Shown here piece by piece: positions 26,400 through 39,655 of a stretch of 64,000 nucleotides of DNA; position 1 is the stretch's first letter; the number at the start of each line of letters is the position of its first letter. The notes beneath the pieces are model-generated. The model worked only from the letters and a program-made list of their open reading frames with translations. It did not search any database and was not told the origin of the DNA. A program made the translations under genes and the position numbers. The DNA is from Haliotis rufescens (Eukaryota): the NCBI RefSeq assembly GCF_023055435.1, contig NW_025964223.1, positions 28,210,001 through 28,274,000 on the forward strand, given 5' to 3'.

Positions 26400-27900
26400 T
26401 CAGTATTTGAAACAGCTACCCTATCAGAGTTGCGAAAGAGTTCACTTCTGAACAAAAGAAATGTTTACTACCTTTCTATCTTGGAAGCCCTGCTCCCAGG
26501 TGTCGCTAGCATGTGAAATTGAGTATTTCTTCAGGTGTTGTTCCCACAAGTTATAAGATCGCAACTGTCAGACAACTCGTGAAGAAGTCATCATTGGATC
26601 ATCAGGCCTTTCTAAATTACAGACGCGCATCCAATCTACCTTTTATTTCAAAGATCCTTGAAAAGGAAGTTAAATCATAGCGGCTTCGCAGGGTGTGATT
26701 TACTCAGTTCCATTCAGCATACATATCTACTCACAGCCCTGCGACTGCTTTGAATTCTGTTGCGAACCATCCTGAAATGTCAGTAGACGAAGGTGCTACA
26801 ACTATGCCAGTCCTGCTTGATTTATCTGCAGCCTTCAACACTATCGATCATGACAAACTACTCAATCGTTTGGAATCAGAATCTGATTTTGACCTCAACA
26901 GCACAGTTTTGAAATGGTGTGCTTGACAACTGTCAGTCAGAACAATGATCAGTTGCAGTCGGTGATATAGACTAACATTTAGTCTCTGAAATCTTATATT
27001 ACACAAAATCCTTCTTGACAAATAAATAAATAAATACAAAAATCCCTATGCTGATTTGTGGAATAGAGCTAGCTAGAGCTGGCTAAACTTGCTTTTGTAT
27101 GCGTTTCTAGAAACAAAATTCATAAAATAAATATATTCTACGGTCATGGTGCAGGACTATCGGTGATACATCCTCTGAGTGTTCCTTAAAGTCATGCTGT
27201 GTTCCACAAGGATCTGTTTTTGTATCAATCCTCTTCACTCTCTAAATGAAAACACTTGTGACTATCATCCTTGATCAACATATTGCTCATTTCTATGCGG
27301 ACGATTCACAGCGTTTCAATAACCTAGGTTAAGACATTCACAGTCAGCTGAGTGCATGGAACACCATCGAATCGTGTATCACTTATGTTAAATCTTAGAT
27401 GACGAACAACATGTTAAAGTTCAATGACTTCAGTGCACTCAGCTTGCCATTGGTTAAATAGGCATACAATTCTCATCTGCTGTCAAGAATCTAGATGTGT
27501 ATCTTGACTTTATCTAGTCTCAGAGAAGAAAATGTCAGTTATCTCTGTAAAATCATCTGATCACTAAAGACGCTGCAGTTACTCTAACACGACATCTGAT
27601 GTTATAAAGTTTGGACTACAGCAACAGTCTGTTGATGGGATTTCAACTCAATAACTGCAAAGGCTGCAAAATATCCAAAACATTGATGCAAGAATTATCT
27701 CTCGAAGTTAATGAGGATCACATGTTAAACCGATTTTGAAGTCCCTGCACTGGTTACAAGTGCATGAGAGAATTGATTTCAAGCTTCTTTCATCGGCGTA
27801 TCAAACTGTGCATGCAACTGCAACCTCACATCTCAAAGATTTACAATGCACTATGTCCCAGCAAGAACTCGTCGGTCAAATGTACAAGATCAAATTTGTG
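26400..27900 (+). mobile_element. Decayed L2-like LINE RT region
   Basis: NYRRASNLPFISKILEK, VLLDLSAAFNTIDH, VPQGSV, FYADDSQ, LDYSNSL and LKSLHWLQVHERIDFK. Confidence 0.9.
26968..27159. mobile_element. 192-bp insertion with 9-bp target-site duplication
   Basis: TCGGTGATA at 26959-26967 and 27160-27168; the insert begins TAG and ends CTA and interrupts the L2 RT. Confidence 0.7.
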
Positions 27901-30214
27901 ATTTCACATAAACTTGTGTGGATAAAGGTTAACTTCTTCAAATGCATATCACTTACAAATTATTTCTATGGAAGATGCAGGTTCACTTTCGGGGCAATAA
28001 AGTTACAATGACAGAACGCATCACAAATCTTTGTCCCGATTGTCACTGATACATGTCGTAAAAAATGAAAATATACGTCGGAAATATGTTCGTTGCATCA
28101 GATACAAGGTCGATAATCGTTTCATGACATAACGGAGCTTCGTCATAAGTTCAGAGCGCTTGCCAGATAGGTAAGATAGACAACCCACGTGTTAATTTTA
28201 CTACTTCTCAAATGGAACGTGTGACGAACGCATAAGGTTCGCATGAGTTATGCCTGTTATGGCGTAACTTTGCGAACTAATCTGAGAACATTGTGTAAAC
28301 TTAGTCCTAATGTCCAGTAGAATCTAAGCTTCACGTACATTAACCTACGGTAAATCAAAGGATGCTAACAACGATCCTCTTTGAAACAAACCACGCCACA
28401 TTATAATCGGCAATATCCATTTCATACAGCTCGTATGACGGACAATGTATTCTTTAAGCACGCCCTATCTACCGACTGTAACGGAAAACGGCAACTTCAC
28501 GCGATTCAATATTTGTCTTTTATGGAATCGATGAAAACAGGAATGAGCGGTCATACTTTAACCAATGTAGAATTCAGTTTGTAAAATTAGTATTACATCA
28601 TAGTATCATAAACTGTTATGGATGTGTTGTTTATACCATAGAGGTTTCGTTTACACTGTTAACCTACTTACTAAGTGGTAACGGTCTTAAATGTCGATTA
28701 AATGATTGACAGTCAGACTGATTCTACCCGAATGAATTGGGGTTACGACCTGTAATAAATATTTTGTTGTTAATGTAATGGTTTCCTGATCAGTTTACAA
28801 GTTTGAAAGCAGTAAAACATGCAGGCAATCACACTAGACATTAAACAGCGGTGGTGGCTTTAGCCATTACCGTACAAAGCGTATTGATATGGGATTTCTG
28901 TCAAACGGGATAATTTGAAAAGACAAAGGTAGGAAGGGGATATAGGACAAATTTAAACATGTACCTGTAATCATATTATACAGCTACGAATGAATACATT
29001 TTACTCTTAAACTATGGATATCCTAGTAGGCAGTAACAGGAACAACAGGAGACACTGTCATCGAATGTCCTCTTCTGAAGCTTCATATCAAACCTGTTTA
29101 GAATAGAATTGAAAGTAGTCAAGATGTTTTCTGTATAGGGGAATATATAACGGCAGTTTCAAAGACCGTCTCCTGTTTCATGATGTAATAAAAACAAATT
29201 GCTCACGAACAATCAATTTACTTAGAAAGTATATGCCGTACCTGGTGCTTTAAATTGCGCAACGAGCTCTAGATCTGAATCTTGCAGGAGAAAAACAACT
29301 ATAAATCGTTCAGACTCATTTATCCTTCTCTCACCCCACTATCATTTGAATGTCAGTAAAACTGTACTCTCAAATTCTGCTGAAGTTTATTTTGTAGTAT
29401 ATGTGGTGGTTTGAGTCAGTAGTGAGCAGGGATAACACTATCCTTATCGTTTCAAGAATACTGATGATAATACATATTAATGATGTCATATAGATTCCTT
29501 GTTATTTGTACCTGTCATTAAATGAATACCTATGTACATGTAAATGTTGTGTCACATTTATGAACACAACGAATTGTGGAAAGGCAGTTTCCTGGCAGTT
29601 TCGATCAATACATTCACATTCTCTCTGGCAGATTCAAAATGACCCTTTGATTTCCAAAAGATAGTTTGGTTAGACAGACAATAATATCTCCGCCGTATTG
29701 TCATTGGCTAAATCTTCTTTGATCTAATCTGTGCTCGCACGGGTGTACATTAATATAACGATTAATTAAGTTAACGATTTCATTCTCGAATCGAGGTACA
29801 ATGTTCAAAGCCAAAACTGTAGGTGAGGGAGTGTTCACGCTTTTGTGATCTCAGCACGTTGTGACATAATGTGTTTTTTAAGTAAGCTACGTTCCTATAA
29901 ATACCCCAGATTATTAAATATTGTACAAAAATATCACAAGATTCAAATGAATCGACTTAATCACCTAATGGGTTAGACAATCGAAGATGATATGTATACT
30001 AACCATTGGTCATCATGCAATATTTTCGTGTAGATCTTAATAAACGGATAAAATTTTACGGCTTTGGTAGCAATATTACCGTCGTATTACCGTTGGAAGT
30101 TAGAGGTCGAGTCTGGCTTATCAGAGAATAATGTTTGCCTTATGTATAATGTATACTCAAAGCCAAATTAACCATTTATATGTGATCATATACGTGCATA
30201 CATATATATAAATA

Positions 30215-30389
30215 CAGTCAACTACGGTTATAACGAACACGCTTATAACGAACTGCCCGATATAACGAACTTATTTTTTAGTCCCGGGCTTTTGTTGTAT
30301 ATATGCTGTATATCTGCTTATAACGAACTACGGTTATAACGAACTAAAATAAGAGGTCCCTTTGAGTTCGTTATAACCGTAGTTTACTG
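30215..30389. mobile_element. pogo/Tigger-type MITE
   Basis: TIRs CAGT(C/A)AACTACGGTTATAACGAAC with internal TATAACGAAC repeats; TA on the left; second copy at 55330-55492. Confidence 0.9.
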
Positions 30390-31110
30390 AATATGATATT
30401 TACTCTTAAAAGGTATGGGATCATGAAATTTAATGTTAATACTAAGTATTAGAACAAAGATAAGTGTTGACGAGGAACATCCTGTGCAAGTACGTTCATG
30501 TACATGCAAGTACGTTCAAAACTTAAAACCAAAACACATCGTATAGTTTGCACGTGGCTCATGCCGTAGAGCCTCGCCACGTGCGTAGGGTACCGGTGTC
30601 ATTTTTGAATTGGGCACTTTCATGTAAGGTTCATTAATCTCTGTGGACCATTATTTCTGTCAATTCTGCTTATCCTACAGTTGTGATTTTACTTGCAGCG
30701 CGTTCGGTTCCAAATTAAATCAAGCACGGTTAAATCTAATGACTCTAAAACTACATGTAATTTGGCTCTACACTGAAACACAGTATGTTTAGCGCATAGA
30801 TCTGCCATTATGACAGATAAGAAAATGTATATGAGAACATTGACATTCAATGGATATCCTTTCAATAGTCAGAATATTGTGGACATTATCATGCTGATCA
30901 CAACACATGTACATACACACACACAGTAATAAAAGTTGTAGCAGGATCACGAGGGGTACATGGGTTTAATGCGTCCCGTGTAAAAATTAAAATCATTTGA
31001 AATTACATTTAAGTCTAGTATGTAAACACATTTTTTTCTATTCGATATGAACTATGAATATCGTGCTATTTATTCGCCCCAGCCGGCACCGTATTTGAAT
31101 TTGTGAATGG

Positions 31111-31256
31111 TTGTTGGTTGGTTTGTTGTTTTATGTCGAACTCGTCGAACGCAATATTCCAGCTATATGACGGCGGTCTGTAAATAATCGAGTGTGAACC
31201 AGACAATCTAGTGGTTAATATGAGCATCGATCCACGCAACTGGGATCGATGACATG

Positions 31257-31341
<85 letters not shown>

Positions 31342-31583
31342 CTGCTTGTACTAGTCCGGACACATGCCCACTGAGATACCATACTCCAGTTTAACATGAA
31401 TACCCCACTCAGACACAGTGTACTGACTCCGAGCTGACCAGTCAGTTTTAGCCCCTCGATGCCGAGCGCTTGGTAGGATAAAGAACGTGTACCATCTTTT
31501 AACGTCTTTCGAAATGACGGAATCGAATCCCCGACCTTCCGGTCTCCGGGCGGATGCCCTACCACTAGACTATAGAAGCGGTC
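31111..31583 (-). mobile_element. Chimeric SINE: family D head and body + (CA)n + family B tail
   Basis: tRNA-like head at 31583-31515, body matching other D copies, (GT)n at 31258-31336, then family B 3' sequence. Confidence 0.8.
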
Positions 31584-33169
31584 TATTTGTACATGTACTT
31601 GGAAATGTATAATGACAAAAGGTATTGGTGATTAATTTCTTTATTACAACTGTTATGTCGTGTCAATGGAGACTCGTGTGACCTTATGATCTAACTATAA
31701 CTATAAAATTGGCATGCAGTATATATTTGTTGCCAGTTAGATAAATTTACTGGTGTAATATTCGTCTTATTGAAAATACCTACATCAAACAAACTAAATA
31801 CATTTCAGCACGTATAGTTGTTGGGGGTAATCTGCCTTGGCAAATACCTCATACTTTCGGTTGTCCAATGGAACGTACTGCCGGTAACATCGTTTATGGT
31901 TTATACATGCAGTATGCATGTAGGAATAATAGAACTCCGGTCCCAAGGCACCAAAGTGTAACGACGTATAGGTAAAATGAATGACTTGCAAAAGTGCTTC
32001 TTTATGGTAACAACAGCCTAAATGATTGTGTTGCACGACGTCCTTTTGTTTACAACATTGGTCACGTTAGTGTTCATATGAGCAAGATTGGCATGCAGTC
32101 CTGGCGTCAAGCTCTAAATCGCTATCATACATCTAATTCAAACCCTCAATTGGCCCAGAAACTTATATTATGGAGTTTCCATTTTGACAATTAGGCTTGC
32201 ACGTGCTCAGTGCTCAGTGCTCACACCAACTCATAATTGATACAAGAAGATATATTGAAGAACCTGAAGCAGACAGATTGCGTTTCATCTGAAATTATCG
32301 ATATATCGAGGATGAATATAATAATTATTCAATTCTTATATCCAATGCATATAATAATATGAGATAAAAGTACATACCTCAGACATTATATGTAAATCCA
32401 GCCCAACACAAGTTGAAACGTGTTAATGTTGTCAGTGAATGTGCCTACTCTGCAATTCTAAGCTACTTATGTCGACATGCGCCTAAAGTCTTCGTGCATA
32501 TGCACAATTGTCTTGTGATATGAACAATAGTCTTTTGTTTTATATAATATATATAGTATGCCTCAAAGTGAGACTGACCAATCAGAGAGCAGAACTACTG
32601 ACCCCACATGAGCCTGTATACCTTCAGTAAAAATCCAAGATGTATTTTTACTGACCTAATATGAGACCGTATACCGTCAGTAACAGCTATTTTGGATTTT
32701 CCAACACCCACCTCACATATTTCACATGGAAATTCTGGTACGGAAATTCGTTATTCGACACTGTTTTGTGTTTTAATTTAATTAATTGTGATAAGCAAAG
32801 ACATTATTTATTAAAGAAACCACGTTCGTTACTTTATTGATAGAAATTATAGAGAAAGAATGCTTACAACGGCGGTCACTGACTTAATATTAGTCTTTAC
32901 ATCTGTCAATTCCGTACATGTTTGCATACTATCAGTAAATTATTATTACATATCAGGTAAAAACTGTTTTGTTCTGAACAAAAAGACTTTCTCGCGAACA
33001 CCTGATCTATTTATATAATTTTGCCTTTAACCCCAGGCAGCTCGTGAAATGGAGTAACTTCCCTTGATTGTTTGCAGGCCAAACTCCGTCCCAGCGCTTG
33101 ACGTCATCGTTGATGCCACATAAATGACCCATTGTATTGGCTTTTGTGATTGTAAACCTAATCATGTGT

Positions 33170-33955
33170 GTTCCAATATAAGTTTTGAATTCTTCTGTGG
33201 TATTTAAAACTCATATACTAACGGAGTTGGCATGTACATAATTTTTTCATAAACGTTCCTGTCAGCTTATCAGATATTATTCCATAAGGACATCTTGTAT
33301 TTTTCTCGAAATAGCTTTGTATTTAAACCAGTGGTTATGTTAGATATACGCTGTATGTTTAGGTCGGCCAATTTTGCCGAAAAACGTGAGTTCCAATGCT
33401 TGTGATTAGCGGCAAGCCTTTCCGCCCATAAAAAGTCATGTATTTTAAATCGATCAGGCATATTTCTAAAACGACATCACTGTCTGGTTTCACATATCCA
33501 CTGTCTGACAATCGGAGGTATCCACCCTGTATCCCCAGTAAGAGCCAGATTAGGTGCATATCTGCCCACCCCTGGCAAAAACCTTATCAGCCGGTGGTGT
33601 ACTGCATTAACAGCAGATACATCACGGTTACTCCATACAGATGCGCCGTAACTTCGGACAGGCAACACCACAATGTAATATAACTTTTAAAAAGTCCTGC
33701 AATAAATAACTCTGATTGTCTTAAATTTGGAAATAAGTAGGCCTAAAGCTCTGTTAACTAATTTGGTCGCAGTCATTGTACCATAATCAAAACGCTCAGT
33801 CAACAATAAACTCAGTTAGCTGTAAAATGTAACACTGTTCAAAGTCGAACCAGCAAGAAAAAAAAACTGTTGTGTGGTTCTTGGGACGGTAGGATTTCTA
33901 AAATGTACAACATGAGACTTATCAACTCTAACGGCAGTATCATTAGTTTCACACG
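33170..33955 (-). mobile_element. RTE-X-like LINE relic (3' end probably at ~32330-32460)
   Basis: VLPVRSYGASVW..VHHRLIRFLPGVGRYAPNLALTGDTGW and KSHVVHFR motifs. Confidence 0.75.
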
Positions 33956-34059
33956 CTCAATTGACATGCTGATCACACCAGCTCAGAATTGAGACCTGAT
34001 CATAAAGCGGACAGATTACGTTTAATCCGCAAACGTCAATATATCGCGGGTGAATATCA

Positions 34060-34470
34060 TTTTATTCTAATATGCAATAAGTAGATACCTCAGAAATTCT
34101 AGTATCATAATGTAAATCCATCCCAACATAATTTTCACATGTTAATGTCGCCAGTGAATCTACCTATTCAGTCAACAATAAACCCTGGTAACAATACTCA
34201 TGCCCAACTACTAACAAAAAAACCATTGTGTGGTTCTTGGGACGCCAGAATTTCTAAAATGTACAACATGAGACTGATCAAAGTTATAAACAGTATCATT
34301 AGTGTCAGACAAGTTTTTCAATATGTGTAGCAATTTGGTCAAGCCATCTTCAGATTCTGCATATAAAATAATATCATCAGTATACGCTAAGGCAGAAACA
34401 GTAGTACTATCAATCGTAATGCCTATTGTGGAGTCAATCATAACATCCAGCAAGTCGTTGATGACCAGGT
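34060..34470 (-). mobile_element. Second, internally deleted copy of the same RTE-X-like family
   Basis: SALAYTDDIILYAESEDGL (YADD motif) and SHVVHFRN..PRTT. 34228-34310 matches 33870-33950 and 34080-34170 matches 32370-32450. Confidence 0.75.
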
Positions 34471-34614
34471 GACACCCACACCCATCGAAATTGTTGAGGT
34501 ATACTCGTAATTCCTTACTACTAACATTTGTATATATGTGTTCATTTCCAATTAACATCCACCCACTTGACACAGCTTTGTGTTCGTGTTGTAATTTCAA
34601 ACAACCAGCCTACA

Positions 34615-34910
34615 TTTTGAGCTCACTTTAGCTCAGTTGAGGTGATGCCACGGCCTTCTTGTCCGGCGTCCGTTATTGTTGGCGTCATCTGTAAACATCA
34701 TCTCATCAGATACCACGTGACTAATGAAGCTTGAACTCCACATACTTCTTCCAAACAATGATGACACCACAACTTGTTCACAGCAACTATATTGAAACAA
34801 GCTAGTTTTATGTCAACAGCTCTAAATGCGGTGCAATGCTCATAAATTCTCCCTAAACGCATCTCAAAGCTCAGAAGGTTGAGGAAGCTGAACTTTGGCA
34901 TGTACATGTA
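34615..34910 (+). mobile_element. Helentron-associated (HINE-like) element fragment
   Basis: TTTTGAGCTCAC..GAGGTGA head, GTCCGGCGTCCG, then decayed units with AACTT motifs. This matches my recollection of the molluscan HINE layout. Confidence 0.5.
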
Positions 34911-35745
34911 TGTTTCTTTTTATTATGGCATCATATTGTGTTCAGATCATTTTTGATAAACATATATAAGAATTGTACGGCATTTGAAACATGTATTCTC
35001 CTTCGACGATCTATAAGTCTCAGAGTTGGCGTAAAGTAATCTAACTGCTGTTTTTTTTAAACAAAGTTATACAAAAGTACAATTCTTGCAGGTATAGAAA
35101 CATTGTGGACATTCACAACATCGTCCAGGAGGCTTCAGCGTTCTGGTACTATTTCTGAATGTTTAACACAGGCGCCTCATATCGGAGGTTCCATCCCATG
35201 AAAGGTAATGATGATACTATTTTGTCTACAGAGTTAAATGCCTTCCTTATCTATAAAAGTATATAATCATTTTGTTTGCTTAATATATCTGCAAGTTGAA
35301 TTAAATATGAACACATTCCGTAGTTCAAAAAGCAGCGTTGAGTATCCCGCGTGCTAATTCAAACACAATAACGCTCGTACATACGCTTGTGTCAATTCTG
35401 TTTTTGGAATTGGAACATCCGGGTACTGCCTTTGCCATCTAAACGTACTGGCCACAGTCCAATTGAACGTCATGTAGCGTTTCACAATACGATTGTGCAA
35501 GAGGGGTGGCTCAGGAGGCTACTATCTAGCCACTCCTTCAGAGCAGGCAGTTGTCTGGGTCCCCGAAGGCACAATCGTTAACATTCAAATGTAACAAGCG
35601 GTTTTGTTGCATAAATGTTGAAATCCAAGTCACGTTCATTGATAATCCATTCAATTCATGCAATCTTTTCTTATGTTAAAATAGTGATAATTATAGGCTT
35701 TGTAATTATATAATAATGCTCGATTGTTGGAAGTGAGCTTATGTG

Positions 35746-35950
35746 AAATGAAATGGAGTATAACGTCGCGCTCAAGATTGTCGCACTTATATAGCGACAT
35801 GAATGCACGTGTGTGTGTATGTGTCTGGCTGCTTGTACTAGTCCGGACTAATGCCAGTTTCATAGTGCTAGTCCACTGATATGCCGCAGTGTTAAACATG
35901 GATACACCACATAGACACAGTAAACTGACTCCAAACCGACCGGTCCTTTC
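35746..35950 (-). mobile_element. SINE family D, 3' part
   Basis: GTCCGGACTAGTACAAGCAG..CACAC..GTCGCTATATAAGTGC...GCGCGACGTTA tail. Confidence 0.75.
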
Positions 35951-36139
35951 AATGTCTATTTGGTCCTTCGTAAGAGACGGAGTGGCAGGTGGTGGGGGTA
36001 CAAAAGTCACAGAATATAATTATGTAGTAATGTTGTTTTTTAATGCGCGTGCATCCGTGCTGTGACCCTAACATCATAAAAAGCTCAGAATATGTGTCGC
36101 ATGGTGATTGCCCTTTGTTGATATATATAGAATACTAAA

Positions 36140-36600
36140 CGAGCTCCCGTGTAATACCAATTTTATGAAACGAGTGAATAGTTGTGGTATCTGACGAGCG
36201 AAAGCGTTAAGGTTATCGCAACTCACATACTTTAACTTTGACCAACGACTGTCGTTGCTACAGTACGATCGCCTTGTGGAACGGGGCCTTGCAGCTCAAA
36301 GTTTACAATGACCTCACAATACCCGATGACGTAATTTGTGGAATTTTGTTGCAAGATCCTTCGGCGAAACAATGCCATATGACGTCAGCCTAGCAACAAG
36401 GTTGCTGGGGTCATCGCGTGTGCATAAGCTCCTCTCAGTGATCTATCATCTCCACGCGCAATGTCGTTGAATAAAACAAGGGATGTTGAGAGCTTTCAAT
36501 ATTTGTTCTAGAAACGTGTTCGGAGAGTACATAAGCACGCGTTTTGGTATTACACAATGTGTAATACAGCTGTATGTTTATTAAACGGGTGATCTTTTCA
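36140..36600. mobile_element. Possible Crypton-like non-autonomous element remnant
   Basis: GTGTAATACCAA / TTGGTATTACAC inverted motifs, an ACGAGCGAAAGCG loop-type sequence and TGACGT motifs. Confidence 0.35.
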
Positions 36601-36629
36601 CGGGCAAGTAATAAAAAACACTATGTCAC

Positions 36630-36867
36630 ATGTAACAAATGTTATATTTGGGATAACACTTTCTCAGTAAAGTACAGATTCTGGTACTTTTCAGCACAGA
36701 AAGTCGGGGATCTAACCCATGCCACTCAGCCATCGAGGCTTACATCGCTGACTTTGTGTGCTGGCGATTAGGTGCCTCACTCTGGCAATGTTGGTTCGAA
36801 TTCCGAATGGGACTCAACCCCAAAAAGTACGAGAATCTGTTATCCTAAATATAACATTTGTTACATT
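36630..36867. mobile_element. Head-to-head pair of family A SINE-like copies
   Basis: Minus copy (~36630-36740) abuts a plus copy (~36740-36867). The outer ends ATGTAACAAATGTTATATTT / AAATATAACATTTGTTACAT are inverted repeats. Confidence 0.8.
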
Positions 36868-36935
36868 TAAGCAATGGCACTGTGCGTACATCATGCAACA
36901 TGTAAAACCACTTGACATCCTTACTGTGATCTGTT

Positions 36936-37116
36936 TGTCTGGGCCGGACAATCCAGTAATTGACATCATGAGCATCGATCCACACAATTGGAATACGATG
37001 ACATGCATCAAACAAGTCAGAGAGCCTGACCACCCGATCCCGTCAGTCGCCTCTTACGACATGCATAGTCGCCTTTTACGGCAAACATGGTTTGCTGAAG
37101 ACCATGATCTTCACGT
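36936..37116 (-). mobile_element. SINE-like repeat family B
   Basis: Matches 19558-19735. Confidence 0.8.
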
Positions 37117-38287
37117 GTCTCCCAACTCTGAACTTAAGTCTTCATTTGGCTGAAATTATGTGACATCCCAACCCAATCATATGAATGCAACGTCCTCCCC
37201 AATACCGACCGTCGTGTTATAGCACAGTAGTGTTGGATATTGCGTTAAATACTTTACATGTTATCATTTCAGGAGCAGCGAATAACTTTGTGTTTCGGGC
37301 GTTTGGTACAAGGAATGAACTATGTATGAATGCTATGAATGCTCAATTCAATGAGTTCAGACGAGCGAACTAAATCGATACCAGTGGCACGTGAATCAGC
37401 CGCGCTGCTGACACACTGGAAAATAGATATGAATCATCTATTCCTTGTATGATTTACTGCTCGATGTCTTCAAATCAGTGCAAGTAGGCGAAGGGCCAAT
37501 CTTGGCCCATTCGAAATGTCAAGTCACGGAAAAGTTTGAAATATTGTAATAAAATTATTGAATTATCTAAAAACGCATAACTTGCATTCATTTCTATCTT
37601 ACAGGTTTTCGACAGCTGACATGATGAAGCATCTGTGAATGGAGAAAAGTTACATAGAAAGATCTAATGATGAGCAATACCAGATCTAAGCTGAACCTTT
37701 TTTTCAATTGTCTTCAATGTCTACATACATATCAAATGAAAATTAGTTCAGTTAAAGACTTGCTCGTGTACATACACGTATATTAATAAAAGCTTCCCGA
37801 TAGCTGAACCTTTTCGACACAGTAATATACAAGCTAGCTTTGAAAGAAACAAATCCAATTCTCATTCATATGATAAATTTCATAACGATTCTTAAATAAC
37901 TGTTCCACTTTTATGTGGGCCAAGAAGTGTCCTTATCGTACGGTGTCCTTTGTTTAAGAGTCACCGAGCAAAATTGTGATTCATCAAACACTGTAGTCGA
38001 ATGATATCGAATCCAGTCCTTTTACGAATCAGTTCAGAAATATTTGAACATCAGTACCAAGGCGACGAGTAAAGCCACTGAACTCGGAATGCCCAGTTTA
38101 CTCGCTGAACTACTACAGTTGTTGAGACGTTTAAGTGAGATCATCATACACATAAGAAAATACACTATTCACAGCACAGGCACAGTCATATGTACTCGAG
38201 GAGTTTCGTAAACAACACAATTGTGCAGACAAACAAATACAACAAAGACAGTCACTAAAATCTGATACTGTACCATCTATTAACATT

Positions 38288-39126
38288 TCACACTTAAAAA
38301 GTAACTGTGCTTCATCAAAGGTTCAATAAAAATAAAGATATTCTGAAATTAAATAATGCAGCATTCAATACATATTCGTCAATACATCTCCTCAACCTTA
38401 TGAGTGTGATTTTTGCACATTATGGATGTTTGCCTGTTAGTTGGGAGTATAGTATTCCCAGACGTGTTATTTATTAATATGAACAGCGCACAGTGATTGC
38501 TCAGCTGTCAAGTGCTCAAACACTTTTGTTTAACCGAAAATTGCAGAGCAAAGCCATTACGTCTACGCGCCGTGGGTATGCTGCAAACAAGACAAGTCAG
38601 AACAATTTCTTGGATCGAGGCCGATTAGAGGTAGAAGCGCACGCAACCGCTGGATGGAACACAACAGCCGTCCCCGACGTCCAGCGATACGCTCAAGTTT
38701 TGCACACAGCCACACAAACACTTACACGTACATGCACGTCGCTATACAAGTGCAATAATCTTGGACGCGACGTTAAACCCCATTTCACCTCACCTCACCC
38801 CTACAGGCGTCAAGGAGAACGTTTTAGCAACGCTTGCGTTTCTCAACATCGTCAGTTTGGGGGTGGAAGTGTAATGGTATGGGGTGGCATCACAACTCAT
38901 GGGAGAACACAAATCATCATTGTTAATGGCAATTTGAATTGCGTATGCTACCCTGACGACATCGTTCGAGATCATGTTCTACCCTTTGTGCAAATGCAGG
39001 AACGTAACGTCACATTTTAGCAGGATAATGCCCGACGACATGGTGCACGTGTTGTAACAGCCTTTTTATTGCAGCAAAATATTGCGGTACTGTCATGGCC
39101 GCCTTCTATTTCTCAAACCATTTCCC
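38288..39126 (+). mobile_element. Decayed Tc1 with a SINE D tail inserted (~38712-38800); runs into the gap
   Basis: RRQGERF..QFGGGSVMVWGGI..GNLN..F*QDNARRH. Its TIR-like AAAAAGTAACTGTGCTTC is shared with 51282. Confidence 0.8.
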
Positions 39127-39425
39127 NNNNNNNNNNNNNNNNNNNNNNNNNNNNNNNNNNNNNNNNNNNNNNNNNNNNNNNNNNNNNNNNNNNNNNNNNN
39201 NNNNNNNNNNNNNNNNNNNNNNNNNNNNNNNNNNNNNNNNNNNNNNNNNNNNNNNNNNNNNNNNNNNNNNNNNNNNNNNNNNNNNNNNNNNNNNNNNNNN
39301 NNNNNNNNNNNNNNNNNNNNNNNNNNNNNNNNNNNNNNNNNNNNNNNNNNNNNNNNNNNNNNNNNNNNNNNNNNNNNNNNNNNNNNNNNNNNNNNNNNNN
39401 NNNNNNNNNNNNNNNNNNNNNNNNN
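39127..39425. other. Assembly gap (299 N)
   Basis: Run of N. Confidence 1.
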
Positions 39426-39429
39426 ACGG

Positions 39430-39655
39430 ATTAATGCCGATTTTAGTGCTAGCCCACTGAGATACCATGTCGCAGTTTAACATTAACATGAATACCTCTC
39501 TCAGGCACAGTCCTTGTTTTAGCCACTTAATGCAGAATGCCAGGCGGGGTAACATCAAGTACCATTTTTAATATATTTTGGTATGACGCGGCCTGGCATC
39601 GAGCCGCTGACCTTCCGCTCTCCGGGCAGACGCTCAATTCGCAAGACCACGGAGA
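39430..39655 (-). mobile_element. SINE family D
   Basis: tRNA-like head plus GTCATACCAAAA...ATGGTACTTG..GCATT central domain. Confidence 0.75.

Noticed and set aside
31215-31565. 116-aa ORF with an HT repeat
   Set aside because: It is a read-through of a SINE and a (CA)n microsatellite.
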